From the NCBI GenBank assembly GCA_964291265.2, contig OZ219747.1, forward strand, positions 256,001-320,000: a stretch of 64,000 nt of DNA, in the 5' to 3' direction. A program made the position numbers and the translations under genes. Below, one piece after another: positions 19,332-29,950 of this stretch. Origin of the DNA: Alphaproteobacteria bacterium (GTDB lineage: Bacteria > Pseudomonadota > Alphaproteobacteria > SP197). Each line of letters starts with the position of its first letter. Positions within the stretch are counted from its first letter, which is position 1. Under the pieces are notes generated by a model. That model was given only the letters and a program-made list of their open reading frames with translations, made no database searches and was not told the DNA's origin.

Positions 19332-20764
19332 GCGCAGAAAGCGAGGCCAAGCCGGCTTGCAATGCTCGGGAGTTTTCTGTCACGCGGCAGATGGTTGGGC
19401 CAGACCCAACACTGTGGCCGCGGTCCCGCGCCCGGGGCGCGTTGCCCGTTCGAGAGTGCCGTCATGTTCCTCCGGGACGAAGGGCGCCCGAGGGTGCCCC
19501 CGCAGGACAAGGTATTGCAACCCCTCGCGACGGCAGGTCAACCCGAATGCCTTCCGGACGCCCAGGCGCCAAGTCCCAAGCTTACACGGATTCGGCTGGT
19601 GTGGCCCGCAAGGTCACACCTGACACCGGCGTCGCCCGCGCCCCGATCCCCGCATATCGCAATGTCGCCATGTCCGATCTCCCCGCTTGCGACTGCCGCC
19701 GCTCCCTCTCCGTCAGCGGCTTCACTCCCCGCACGCTCTTCTCGAACTCGATGGCGCATGCGGTCCGGCCCCGCTTGAACACCGCCCCCGTCCGGTGCAT
19801 CCCTACGGCATGGAAGGGCGTGGATGGATCGGCCGTCACGGGTTCTGGCCGTTGGCGCTGCTCTGGCTGCCGGCCGGGATCGTGGCGCAGGCGGCGATGC
19901 GGTTCGGGCCGGACGCGGTCGCGGCTGGGCGGCCGGGGCCGTGGTTGGCGACGATGGCGATGGAGGGGCTGACGCTGGCGCCGTTCGTGCTCTGCGGCCT
20001 ACCGCTGGCGCTCGGATGCCGGTCTGGATCACGTGGTGGTGGCTCGCGTGGAGGAGCTGACCGGAGACGGCGTCGGCCGACTGCGGAGTAAGGCGGTCGT
20101 GCAAGCGGTGATATGAAACTCAGGACCGGCGATTGATTTCGGGTTCGAGGGCACGGAGCCGTTCGATCAGGTCGTCGAACGGCAGCGCGTCGGCACCGAC
20201 GATGCCGGCGCGGCGCATGGCGTCGTAGTCGGATCGAAGTCCACCGATCTCGTCGTCGTCGGGCACGAGCCGGAGCCGGCCGTCGAGGCACCGGTCGTAG
20301 TGGGCATAGCTCGCATTGAAGAAGACCGTCTTATGCCGGACCACGTCCTCCAGGAGCGCGCGGTCGGCGAGGGCCGCCCGCCCGGCCTTGTGCCGGGCGA
20401 GGCTGGCCAGGTCGAACCAGTGGCGGGACAGGCGCTCCGGGCCGGCGGCGAGCCGGCGCCGGTGGCATTCGACATGGATGAGCGTGGCCTTCTCCCAGAA
20501 GGTGCGCGCCGGTGAGAGGACCGTCACGGTCGCAGCGGGCCAGTCGAGGTCGGGGGTCAGGGCTGCGATGTCGGGGACAATCCCGTGCCGCTCGTTAGGA
20601 TCGACGACGTTGCGGCCGCCAAACTCCAGCAGGACCTCGGTCGCGAGATAGCCGATAGGGTTCTCGACGGCGGAGGGGTAGGCGAACCATAGCCGCTCGC
20701 CGTCCTCGCCGATGCGGACGTCGGGCCGGCCCGACACCGGGAGATCGCCGGCGGCAGCCTCTAG

Positions 20765-22720
20765 ACCGAAGTTCCGGACGTTTTCCAGCTGGAAATCGCG
20801 TCAAGTCGTTGATCTTGCGCGGTTTATCGGGTTTGACGGACTTCACAACGTACCCATGTACGGATGCATTTTGTGCTTGACACACGGCAGTGCCGTGCCT
20901 ATGTACAGTAGCCATGTACATCGAAGCCGTCCCCAACCGCTCCTCGCCGCCCGCCATCCTGCTCCGCGAGTCCTATCGCGAAAACGGAAAGGTCAAGAAG
21001 CGCACCATCGCCAACCTCTCCAAGTGGTCCCCCACTCTCGTCGAGGGATTGCGCATCCTCCTCAAGGGAGGAACAGCAGTCCGACATCTCGACGATGCCT
21101 TCGACATCGTCCGCTCCCTCCCCCATGGGCATGTCGCCGCGGTGCTGGGAACCCTGAAGAAGCTGGGACTGGACAGGTTGATCGACCCGAAGCCCTCGGC
21201 ACGGCGCGATCAGGTCCTAGCCATGATCGTGGCACGCATCCTCGAGCCCGCCTCGAAGCTGGCCACGGCCAGGGGGCTGGCCGAGGCCACGGCGGTCAGC
21301 ACCCTGGGCGAGGTCCTCGATGCGGAGATGGACGAGGACGCCCTCTACGGCGCCATGGACTGGCTCCTGGAGCGTCAGGAGAGGATCGAGCGGTCCCTGG
21401 CGAAGCGGCGCCTCGAAGAGGGCTGCCTGGTGCTCTATGACCTGACCTCGGTATGGATGGAGGGGAGAGCGTGTCCCCTGGCCAGGAGGGGTCATTCCCG
21501 GGATGGCAAGAAGGGCAAGCTGCAGATCGAGTTCGGCCTTCTGTGCGATCGGGACGGCTGTCCAGTGTCGGTGGAAGTGTTCCCCGGCAACACGGCGGAC
21601 CCCGGGACGGTGGCATCACAGATCACCACGCTGCAGGAGCGCTTCTCCCTGGCGAAGGTGGTGCTGGTGGGAGACCGGGGGATGCTGACCGAGGCGCGCA
21701 TACGCGAGGAGGTGAAGCCTGCGGGCCTGGACTGGATCAGCGCCTTGAGGGGACCGGCCATCCGCGCCCTTGTGGAGGCCGGCGACGTCGAGATGTCGCT
21801 CTTCGACGAGAGGGACCTGGTGGAGATCACCAGCGATGCGTATCCCGGCGAACGCCTCATGGTCTGCCGCAACCCCCTGCTGGCCGAGGACCGGGCCCGC
21901 AAGCGCCAGGAACTGCTCGAGGCCACCGAGGCCCTGCTTGAACCGATCGCCGCAGCGACACGGCGCGACAAGCGCCGTCTCAAGGGTGCCGACAAGATCG
22001 GGGAGCGGGTCGGCAAGGTCATCAGCACGTACAAGATGGCGAAGCACTTCACGTGGTCCATCGACGACGAGGGTGTCTTCACCTATGGGCGCGATGAGGT
22101 TGCCATCGCCGCCGAGGCCAGGCTCGACGGCCTCTACGTGATCCGCACCAGCCTGCCGCAGAGCGAGCTCGACGGTCCCGGCACAGTGCGCGCCTACAAG
22201 CGGTTGAGTTCGGTGGAACGGGCCTTCCGCAGCCTGAAGACCGTGGATCTGAAGGTCCGTCCCGTCTACCACCGCACCGAACCCCGGGTCCGCGCCCATG
22301 TCTTCCTGTGCATGCTCGCCTACTACGTGGAATGGCACATGCGCCAGAAACTGAAGCCCATGCTGTTCGACGACGAGGATGCCGAAGGCGCCGAGGCCCG
22401 GCGGCCGTCCGTCGTGGCGCCGGCAGAAGTCTCGGCGAGCGCCCGGGCCAAGGCGGCAACCAAGAGGACGCCCGGGGGTGATCCGGTGCACAGCTTCCGT
22501 ACTCTCCTCGATGATCTCGCGACCATCACCCGCAACACCGTGGCGCCCCGCCTTGCGGGCGCCCAACCCTTCCAGGTCACCACGCGGCCCACGCCGCTCC
22601 AGAGAAGAGCACTCAAGCTCCTGGGCGTGAAGCCGTAATGTACCCAGTCAGACGCCCCTGAGATCCATCGAATGCCATTTATATCAAGCACTTGCACTTG
22701 ATCGGCGCTGGAACTTCGGT
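20765..22720 (+). mobile_element. IS1634-family insertion sequence
   Basis: Terminal inverted repeats ACCGAAGTTCC / GGAACTTCGGT, each flanked by CTAG (20761-20764 and 22721-22724). Confidence 0.92.
20914..22638 (+). CDS. IS1634-family DDE transposase
   Basis: LLRESYRENGKVKKRTIANLS, LYDLTS, VGDRGM, VERAFRSLK, VRAHVFLCMLAY. Confidence 0.92.
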   Translation: MYIEAVPNRSSPPAILLRESYRENGKVKKRTIANLSKWSPTLVEGLRILLKGGTAVRHLDDAFDIVRSLPHGHVAAVLGTLKKLGLDRLIDPKPSARRDQVLAMIVARILEPASKLATARGLAEATAVSTLGEVLDAEMDEDALYGAMDWLLERQERIERSLAKRRLEEGCLVLYDLTSVWMEGRACPLARRGHSRDGKKGKLQIEFGLLCDRDGCPVSVEVFPGNTADPGTVASQITTLQERFSLAKVVLVGDRGMLTEARIREEVKPAGLDWISALRGPAIRALVEAGDVEMSLFDERDLVEITSDAYPGERLMVCRNPLLAEDRARKRQELLEATEALLEPIAAATRRDKRRLKGADKIGERVGKVISTYKMAKHFTWSIDDEGVFTYGRDEVAIAAEARLDGLYVIRTSLPQSELDGPGTVRAYKRLSSVERAFRSLKTVDLKVRPVYHRTEPRVRAHVFLCMLAYYVEWHMRQKLKPMLFDDEDAEGAEARRPSVVAPAEVSASARAKAATKRTPGGDPVHSFRTLLDDLATITRNTVAPRLAGAQPFQVTTRPTPLQRRALKLLGVKP

Positions 22721-23082
22721 CTAGGGCGGGGGCGACGCCATGGCGGACGTAATCGTCGACGCGGGACTTGAGCCGATCGCCGAATCGGCGGATCGCGGAG
22801 CGGCTGACGCCCGGCGCGAAGGCGTCGAAGCCGTCGGCCAAGGCCCGATAGTCGAGGGTGATGTCGACGTCCTCGGAGAACCTGTCGACGATCCGATAGA
22901 CCTTCGAGAGCGAGGTGCCGCCCTTGAAGGCCATCGGATGGACATCCGGGGTGGAGAAGAGGATCTGGAGGACCCGGCAGATCCAGACGTCCTTCTCCAG
23001 GACGACCGCCGGCCGGCCCAGGCGGGCGGCGGCGGTCTGGAGGATATCGCGCCGGTCGGTGGCCGGCAGCGACAGGAAGGCG

Positions 23083-23682
23083 TCAGCCACGGGCGTCGGC
23101 CGCTGCGTCGAGCGCGTCCGCCATCCAGGCCGGCATCTCGGCCGAGCGGAGCCTGGCGAACCCTTCCGGACCGATCACGGCTTCGATCCTGGCGACCGCG
23201 TCCGGCGTCGCGTTGTCCTTGCCGAGATACCACAGCGCCGCCAGCGCGAGGCCGGCCGGCTCGCCAGCGAACTGGAGCCGGCGGCGGTTCGAGGTGTGGA
23301 TCATCCTGACCGTGGTGCTGCCGATCCGGATCGGGCGGCTCGATGCGCTGGTATGGTACACGGGCTCCATCGGCACCTGGGTGCTGAGCCCGAGGCGCCG
23401 GGCGGCCTCGGCGCCGTGGACCTGGACGGTCTCGCCGTTGTCCCGGGCGATGGCCCGGACCACCTCGGCGACGCTCGGATGGACGTTGCCGACGAAACGG
23501 CTCTTCCTGGGCCGGACGAAGACGCCCCGCGAGAGCCGCTCGATGACGCCGTCCGTGACGATGCGCGCGAGCGCCCGGTCGACCGCGCCGCGCGAGCCGA
23601 GGGCGGCGAAACGCGAGGTCGTGAACGGCCGGCCCCGCGGCAGCTTGCGGATGTCGGTCCTGATGGCTTCCGCGACGGACAT
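23083..23682 (-). CDS. AbiEi-like antitoxin (DUF6088 family)
   Basis: wHTH SRGAVDRALARIV...IERLSRGVFVRP, GAEAARRLGLSTQVP; overlaps the abiEii start. Confidence 0.85.
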   Translation of the reverse strand: MSVAEAIRTDIRKLPRGRPFTTSRFAALGSRGAVDRALARIVTDGVIERLSRGVFVRPRKSRFVGNVHPSVAEVVRAIARDNGETVQVHGAEAARRLGLSTQVPMEPVYHTSASSRPIRIGSTTVRMIHTSNRRRLQFAGEPAGLALAALWYLGKDNATPDAVARIEAVIGPEGFARLRSAEMPAWMADALDAAADARG

Positions 23683-23930
23683 GGCGGGCTCCTTTCTGTC
23701 CGAAAACATAGTGGTTTTGCCTACAATATTCAAGGGTAGCGCCGCTGTTCCAACCGGCGGACGGCGGGCCGGCTGCGCAGCGGGACGGCCGATGCAGTCA
23801 GCGGCGAGGGGAAACGATCGGAGGTTTGGGACTCGGCAGTGCGCAACGGACCATGACCGAGCAAACCCGACAAACGGATGTGGATGCTTGGTTACGGCGT
23901 TATCGATGGGTGGGTTTCGCGTACTGCATC

Positions 23931-24290
23931 TCACCTGCGAAAACGCGGTGTCCAGCGGTCCTCCATATCCTCGTCTTCTTCGTCAGGTTCATCGTCGGCA
24001 AATACGCTCGAAGAGAGTACCGTAAGCGTCTTGCCGTATCGTCCGAGGCCAACCGTCTCCTCTGTGCCCGGCAGGGAACGAGGACCGCCGAACCAGTCGC
24101 GAAGATCGATGTCTGCATGGCTGCGTTGGGCCCGAAGGATATTGTCGGGATCGCGATTGAAGAGATCGGTCTTGAGGCGTCCGAGGGACAACCCCAGTCA
24201 ATGCCATGCGTCGCTCTCTGGGTCGCCGTCCTCGGCATGCATGGAGGCAGCGACCATGGCGGTCCAGGCCTCCCGGTCCAAATCCGGGCT
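23931..24290 (-). pseudogene. Probable C-terminal remnant of an ImmA/IrrE-family protein
   Basis: EETVGLGRYGKTLTVL...acidic tract...WTPRFRR resembles C-termini I recall from this family; no N-terminus or HExxH visible. Confidence 0.35.
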
Positions 24291-25629
24291 ATGGCGTTTG
24301 CCACAATCTGGATATCGGCACCGCATGGAAGCAGCTGCCGAAGGGAACGCAGGTCTCGCCGTCATAGAGCACGACACCGCAGGCGAAACGGTCGCCGGCC
24401 GCCTGCTCCAGCTTGCGCAGACCACGGAAGTCGCGTGGACCAACGGTCCCCGACGCCTTGATTTCCACACCGGCCACCGCGCCGGATGCCGTCTCGATCA
24501 CGATATCCGCTTCGAGACCGTCCTTGTCCCGAAAATGAAAGAAATCGCTCGGCATGTCCCACCAACTCGCCTGCCTTCGCAATTCCTGGAACGCAAACGT
24601 TTCCAGAAGATGGCCCAGCAGGGCCCGTTCTGCCGTCAGCGCGCCGACATCGACGCCAAGCAAGGCGGCCGCCAGTCCGGTATCGCCGAGATGCAGCTTC
24701 GGACGCTTGACCTGCCGTTTCAGTCGATTGCCGTGCCAGGCGGGCAGCCGTTCCAGAAGGAAGAGCTTCTCGAGAATCGTGACATAGTCCCCGATCGAAG
24801 GTCGGCTGAGCTCGAAGGGAGATGCCAAGCTGCTGAGGTTGAACGGTTGAGCCGTCTGCAAGGCCGCGGCCCGCAGGAGCTGTGGCAGGACATGCAGCGA
24901 CCGGACCCGGCTTATGTCCTGCGCATCGCGCTGAACAAGCGATTCCGCGTAGCCGCGATACCAGTTCGCGGCGCGTCTGCCGGTCGGCCGCGCAAGGGCG
25001 GCCGGATAACCTCCGGCGACGATCCTGTCAGCAAGCTGCTTACCCAGGCGCTCGCATCGGAACACCGGAAAACCCTTTCCGAACAGAGCGTTCAGGAAGT
25101 CCGCATCGGGACGGGAGGAATCTGACTGGCCGGTGAGCTCATACTGCGTCAGGGGATGCAGCGGCACGATCTGCATGCGTCCCGCCAGCGAGTCTGACAG
25201 TTGCGGAACAAGCAGCACGTTTGTGGACCCCGCAAGCAGGAAGCGTCCCGGCGCCCGATGCCGGTCCACGGATATCTTGATGGCTTCAAACAATTCGGGA
25301 ACCTGCTGGACTTCGTCCAGAATGACACGCTCCGGCAAGTCGGCGACGAAACCCATCGGGTCCGAGCGGGCGCTGTTTCTCGTGACCGAATTGTCGAAGC
25401 TGAAATAGCTGTATTCCGGATCTTCAGGAGAGGATCCCGACGAGAGCGGCTTGCCGCGCCAGGTCAGGGCTTCGCTGCGCCAGGCCAGGACGCTCGGCGC
25501 GCATGCGATCTGCGCGAGCGTTGTCTTTCCACACTGGCGCGGGCCGTGTATCAGAACGACCGGTGAGTCCTCGAGCGCTTCGACAAGCAAGCGCTCGACG
25601 GATCGGCGATAGTATATCGGACCGGGCAT
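24289..25629 (-). CDS. AAA+ ATPase (AAA_14) with C-terminal DUF4143 nuclease-like domain
   Basis: GPRQCGKTT, ILDEVQ, DSLAGR, KLHLGDTGL, FRDKDGLEADIV...EIKAS. Confidence 0.9.
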   Translation of the reverse strand: MPGPIYYRRSVERLLVEALEDSPVVLIHGPRQCGKTTLAQIACAPSVLAWRSEALTWRGKPLSSGSSPEDPEYSYFSFDNSVTRNSARSDPMGFVADLPERVILDEVQQVPELFEAIKISVDRHRAPGRFLLAGSTNVLLVPQLSDSLAGRMQIVPLHPLTQYELTGQSDSSRPDADFLNALFGKGFPVFRCERLGKQLADRIVAGGYPAALARPTGRRAANWYRGYAESLVQRDAQDISRVRSLHVLPQLLRAAALQTAQPFNLSSLASPFELSRPSIGDYVTILEKLFLLERLPAWHGNRLKRQVKRPKLHLGDTGLAAALLGVDVGALTAERALLGHLLETFAFQELRRQASWWDMPSDFFHFRDKDGLEADIVIETASGAVAGVEIKASGTVGPRDFRGLRKLEQAAGDRFACGVVLYDGETCVPFGSCFHAVPISRLWQTP

Positions 25630-26046
25630 CGGCTGATTGTAAGTTCTGATCCCGGCGGATTGCAAGTTTCAGTGCCGGCCAATTGAATCCAGGGTTGTGG
25701 TCCACCCCCAAGCGGGAGCTCCAGATGTCTTCCAGATGATGTTCATTTCAAACCGTTGATATGGGGTGGTTTGTCGGATTGTCGGGTGGCATGGCCTACC
25801 CATGCGCGAGTGCGCCCTGTGCCTGAGGCGGTAGCCATGGACATCGAAGCTGCCTCCCCTCCACTCCTCTGCGCCCGCCATCCGCAAGCGTTCGGTCGAA
25901 GGGTGACGACGATGAAGATGACAGTGACAAAGACGCATGGCCCCGGGACTCGCCTGCATTCGTTCAGTGCTGTCATCGCCTCAATCACCGCGTACCCGAA
26001 GGGTCAGGCAGACGGGGAACGCGACTGGAACGACCTTCGGCGGCTC

Positions 26047-27717
26047 TCACAGCGGACGCAGGGCGTCGGCGAGACGCGGCAGCGTTAAGGCGTCGTAGCG
26101 CTCCTGGCTGGCCGCACTGTCGTGGGCGAAGCGGAAGCAGGTAATGCCGTTGACGAGCGGCTGGATGATCTGACCGCCATAGCCCCGCATGGTGGCGATC
26201 CTGATGGTCCGCCCGGACCGGGTGGTGAGCGGCAGCTGCCACCAGGCGAGGTGGTAGGTGATGTCCTTGCCGTCGGCGGTGACCGTCCCCGTCGGCAACC
26301 CCTTCGCCATGGCGCCGTCGAGACACTCCCGCACCAGGGAAGACTCCAGCAGTTCCGTTCCCTCGTGGCATCCACCGTTCGACAGCAACGTCCCCAGCCG
26401 CCCCACGTCATCGAGACCGAGAAAGAGACCGAAAGCGGTGAGCGGCACACCCCTTGTGCAGTCCTCCTCGAGGGTGCGGTTGATGTCCACCGGACCACAG
26501 CCGATGGGGCGCAGAACCTCGTTCTCGACCATGGCGAAGAGATCGGCATCGGGGCCACGGTAGCGTTTCCACACCGCCTCCATGGCCGCGCCGGCAACGA
26601 AGAGATCCTGGTCCCGGTAACGGGCCACGACGCCCGGTCCCCAGGGATAGGAGGGCACACGGAACGCTTCGCGGAGCTTGTCCGCACGGCTGCGGGCGGC
26701 GTACCAGTTCTGATAGGCGCGGTAGCAGGCGCCTTCCGAACCGCCTGCCCGGGCGTATTCCGGTCCGGTCAGGTTGTCGGCGTGGATGTCGCCGGTTTCA
26801 CCGGCGGTGCCGATACCGGTCGCCATGGAGAGACAGTGCCGGATCGTCACGTCGTGCCAGCCGTCGTGATCCGCCGTGACATCGAGGACATCGACGATGC
26901 GGGTGTCGGCGACACCGGGACCGAGGTGGCAGGCCAGACGCATGAGCGCGGTGGTGGCGAAAGCCGCCTTGGTAGCCGACCAGATGCCGAAGCGCATGGC
27001 ACCGGGGAAGGGGTAGGGCCCGTGCCGCGTGGCAAAGCCCGTCGCATAGATGTGCCCGTCCACCACGAGGCCGCTTGTGATCTCGCTGTCGCGCAACGGA
27101 TCGTCCAGCAGCGCCTCGAGCATGTCCGGGGAGGCGATCTCCGCCATGTCACGAATCGGCATCGGATCGGGACGGCAGGGGAGATTCGATGATGCTGCCG
27201 CCTCGCGGAACGACGCCCTCGCCACACCCCAGAGATCGAGACGTTCGGGAATGTGATCGGGGAGTGTCTCCGTCACCACCTGAACGACAAGATCGCGCAC
27301 CCGCGCACCGTCCCAGGCGAACCGGGCCACCCCGTGGTGGCTGTCGTTCTCCCTCTCGCAGGAAAGCTGGAAGGGAAACGATGCGACATCCCAGGCACCG
27401 TCGCCCTTCCAGATGCATCCCTCGCCAACCATGATGTCCCAGTAACTCTGCGGATCGGGCCGGCGATGCAGCCTCCCGTGCTCCGGCAGGAGTGCGTTGC
27501 CGTCGGTCCGGAAGGCGAGATCGACGCCGGGAAACCGGGCGACGCCGCCACCCAGGGCGAAATCGGCGTGTGCCGAGTCGTCGCTCGCCGCCAGCGGGGA
27601 TCCGTCGATGGCGAGGACGCCGTTGAAGGGATGGCGACAGGGCCGACGATCTGCCGGCGGCGTGAAGATGCCGATGGGCCATGGCACATCCTTCCGTGTG
27701 CCGTCCCGCCTGATCAT
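26047..27717 (-). CDS. Serine hydrolase, beta-lactamase-like family
   Basis: SxxK motif (SATK), LSMATG, YRD, MRGYGGQ; GGAG RBS before ATG 27717. Confidence 0.75.
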   Translation of the reverse strand: MIRRDGTRKDVPWPIGIFTPPADRRPCRHPFNGVLAIDGSPLAASDDSAHADFALGGGVARFPGVDLAFRTDGNALLPEHGRLHRRPDPQSYWDIMVGEGCIWKGDGAWDVASFPFQLSCERENDSHHGVARFAWDGARVRDLVVQVVTETLPDHIPERLDLWGVARASFREAAASSNLPCRPDPMPIRDMAEIASPDMLEALLDDPLRDSEITSGLVVDGHIYATGFATRHGPYPFPGAMRFGIWSATKAAFATTALMRLACHLGPGVADTRIVDVLDVTADHDGWHDVTIRHCLSMATGIGTAGETGDIHADNLTGPEYARAGGSEGACYRAYQNWYAARSRADKLREAFRVPSYPWGPGVVARYRDQDLFVAGAAMEAVWKRYRGPDADLFAMVENEVLRPIGCGPVDINRTLEEDCTRGVPLTAFGLFLGLDDVGRLGTLLSNGGCHEGTELLESSLVRECLDGAMAKGLPTGTVTADGKDITYHLAWWQLPLTTRSGRTIRIATMRGYGGQIIQPLVNGITCFRFAHDSAASQERYDALTLPRLADALRPL

Positions 27718-27757
27718 GGTATCTCCCGGCCCGACACGAACACGAAGGGAACGATGC

Positions 27758-28762
27758 ATGTTCCGGTCATTCTTTGCCAATCGGCGCTGGCTGCACTGGT
27801 CGATCCTCGGCAGTGCCACGATCCTCGGCGTCACCTGGTACAAGGTCCAGCTCGATGTCAAGATCAACGAGTGGTTCGGTGACTTCTACGACACCCTGCA
27901 GGTCGCGCTGACCGAACCGGGGACCGTCGAATTTGCCGACTTCCTCGACAAATGCCTCACCTTCGCCGAAATCGCGGGCATCTACATCGTCGTCGCCGTG
28001 CTTCTCGAGTTCTTCGTGCGTCACTTCGTGTTCCGCTGGCGCACGGCGATGAACGACTACTACATGTCCTACTGGCACGATGTACGGCACATCGAAGGGG
28101 CGGCACAGCGCGTTCAGGAGGACACCATGCGGTTTGCCCGCATCGTCGAGGGGCTGGGTGTCGCCTTCATGCGCTCGGTGATGACTCTCGTTGCCTTCCT
28201 GCCGTTGCTGTGGTCGCTGAGCGAGCATGTCACCGAACTCCCCTGGATCGGCGCCGTCGAACATTCCCTGGTCTGGCTTGCCATCGTCTCGGCGGCGGCG
28301 GGCACCGTTCTCCTCGCCATCGTCGGCATCAAGCTTCCCGGCCTCGAGTTCAACAACCAGAAGGTCGAGGCCGCCTACCGCAAGGAACTGGTGTTCGGCG
28401 AGGACCACGAAGACAGGGCGCGGCCGGAATCCGTCATCGAACTCTTCGCCAACGTGCGCAGGAACTACTTTCGCCTGTTCAGGCACTACCTCTACTTCGA
28501 CATCGCGAAGTGGTCCTACCTCCAGTTCTCGGTGATCGTTCCCTACGTCATGATGGGACCCACCATCGTCGCCGGCATCATCACGCTGGGTCTCCTGCAG
28601 CAGATCCTGCGCGCCTTCGACCGCGTTGAATCGTCCTTCCAGTTCCTGGTGAATTCCTGGGCCATCATCGTCGAGCTCATCTCGATCTACAAACGCCTCA
28701 AGGCCTTCGAGGACTCCATCAGGCACACGCAACGCATGCGAAGTCTGCCGCAGACCGCATGA
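27758..28762 (+). CDS. SbmA/BacA-family peptide transporter
   Basis: FRWRTAMNDYY, IEGAAQRVQEDTMRFA, NQKVEAAYRKELV, VELISIYKRL. Confidence 0.9.
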   Translation: MFRSFFANRRWLHWSILGSATILGVTWYKVQLDVKINEWFGDFYDTLQVALTEPGTVEFADFLDKCLTFAEIAGIYIVVAVLLEFFVRHFVFRWRTAMNDYYMSYWHDVRHIEGAAQRVQEDTMRFARIVEGLGVAFMRSVMTLVAFLPLLWSLSEHVTELPWIGAVEHSLVWLAIVSAAAGTVLLAIVGIKLPGLEFNNQKVEAAYRKELVFGEDHEDRARPESVIELFANVRRNYFRLFRHYLYFDIAKWSYLQFSVIVPYVMMGPTIVAGIITLGLLQQILRAFDRVESSFQFLVNSWAIIVELISIYKRLKAFEDSIRHTQRMRSLPQTA

Positions 28763-29164
28763 TCACGGTCCGAATTCCGTCACCTTCTCGAGGGCATCGT
28801 CGGGTTCGTACCAGCCGCACCGGGATTCCCAGAAGATGTGCCGTTCCCTGCCCTCGCGGCCCCCGGGGTCGGCCCCGTCATCGAGCGTGCCCACCGAGAC
28901 GCTGATCTCGTCTCCCATCTCGCCGAAGACATGGCATCCGCAGTGACGGCAGAAACGTCTCTCAAGGGCCGGCGATGTCCGGTAGCTCGACAGGGATTCC
29001 TCACCGGTCAGAAGCCTGAAGCCCGAGCGGTCGACGCTGGCATAGGTGAGGTAGAGCGCACCCTGGCACTTGCGGCAGATCGAGCAGTGGCAGTGATAGA
29101 AATCGTGGACCTTGCCCGTCAGTTCGTAGCGCACGGCGCCGCACAGGCACCCTCCCGTCATCAT
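28763..29164 (-). CDS. GFA/CENP-V family Zn-binding protein
   Basis: GGCLCGAVRY, CHCSICRK, RRFCRHCG. Confidence 0.9.
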   Translation of the reverse strand: MMTGGCLCGAVRYELTGKVHDFYHCHCSICRKCQGALYLTYASVDRSGFRLLTGEESLSSYRTSPALERRFCRHCGCHVFGEMGDEISVSVGTLDDGADPGGREGRERHIFWESRCGWYEPDDALEKVTEFGP

Positions 29165-29166
29165 CG

Positions 29167-29574
29167 TCACGTCTCCCCGTAGCCCGCGACACGCACCGCA
29201 TCATCGCCCGGATCATGCCAAGTCACTCGGGACTCCCAGAAGATGTGCCGTTCGCTCGCCGGATCATGGTCGGGCGCCTCGCCCTGATCGAGGCTGCCAA
29301 GACACAGGAACACCGTGTCGCCGCCTCCGGGAACCTCGGCGAACATGTGTCCGCCGCAGATGGCACAGAACCGGCGGCTGATCGCGTCCGAACTGCGGTA
29401 CTCGCGCAAGGATTTCCGGCCTTCAACCTTCAGGTCGTCACGGGCAACGCCCCCGAAACTCACGAAGAGCGCTCCTTGCAGTTTCCGGCACATCGAGCAG
29501 TGACAGTGGCTCACATGATCGACCTTGCCGGCCACCTCGTATCTCACCGCCCCGCACTGGCACGACCCCTTCAT
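29167..29574 (-). CDS. GFA/CENP-V family Zn-binding protein (tandem paralogue)
   Basis: GSCQCGAVRY, CHCSMCRK, RRFCAICG; shares ERHIFWESR with its neighbour. Confidence 0.9.
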   Translation of the reverse strand: MKGSCQCGAVRYEVAGKVDHVSHCHCSMCRKLQGALFVSFGGVARDDLKVEGRKSLREYRSSDAISRRFCAICGGHMFAEVPGGGDTVFLCLGSLDQGEAPDHDPASERHIFWESRVTWHDPGDDAVRVAGYGET

Positions 29575-29680
29575 CCCGGCACCTCCCTGGCCATTCCGCC
29601 ACCGCCAAGCTTACGGGAAGGAGGGGGGCTTGAACACACCTGCAAGAAGGGGATCGTGCAGGAAAGCGCCTCGGAGAAGG

Positions 29681-29950
29681 CTAGAAAAACGCCTTGACGA
29701 CAACGACAGCTATGGTCGCGGCAACCACGATGCCAGAGAGAACGCCGCCCAATATCCAGACCTTCAGTGCAGTCACATCGTTCTTCTTCGCCATGGTGTC
29801 CTGCATGGCGGCAACGCGCTCATCAATCCGGGCAAGGTGGATTTCCAGCGCACGCAGGCGGCTGTCGAACCCGTCTCCACCGCCGTTCGAGCCGGGGCTT
29901 TTCCCGAAGTTCGGACGCGCCACATTGTCAGCATGGTTCGACTGGCTCAT
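29681..29950 (-). CDS. Hypothetical protein, short coiled coil plus C-terminal TM helix
   Basis: RLRALEIHLARIDERV followed by a hydrophobic tail; ATG overlaps the upstream stop (ATGA). Confidence 0.6.
   Translation of the reverse strand: MSQSNHADNVARPNFGKSPGSNGGGDGFDSRLRALEIHLARIDERVAAMQDTMAKKNDVTALKVWILGGVLSGIVVAATIAVVVVKAFF

Larger units (their letters stand above)
20120..23090 (-). pseudogene. AbiEii/AbiGii nucleotidyltransferase toxin interrupted by IS1634
   Basis: 5' part 23090-22721 (EKDVW, FKGGTSLSK, RFSEDVD) and 3' part 20764-20120 (EFGGR, RTFWEKATL, SRHWFDL) rejoin in frame (~336 aa) when the IS and one CTAG are removed. Confidence 0.92.

Noticed and set aside
19687-20091. Hydrophobic ORF fragment (GWIGRHGFWPLALLWLP...)
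   Set aside because: Probably a truncated membrane-protein remnant; frame and start are ambiguous.
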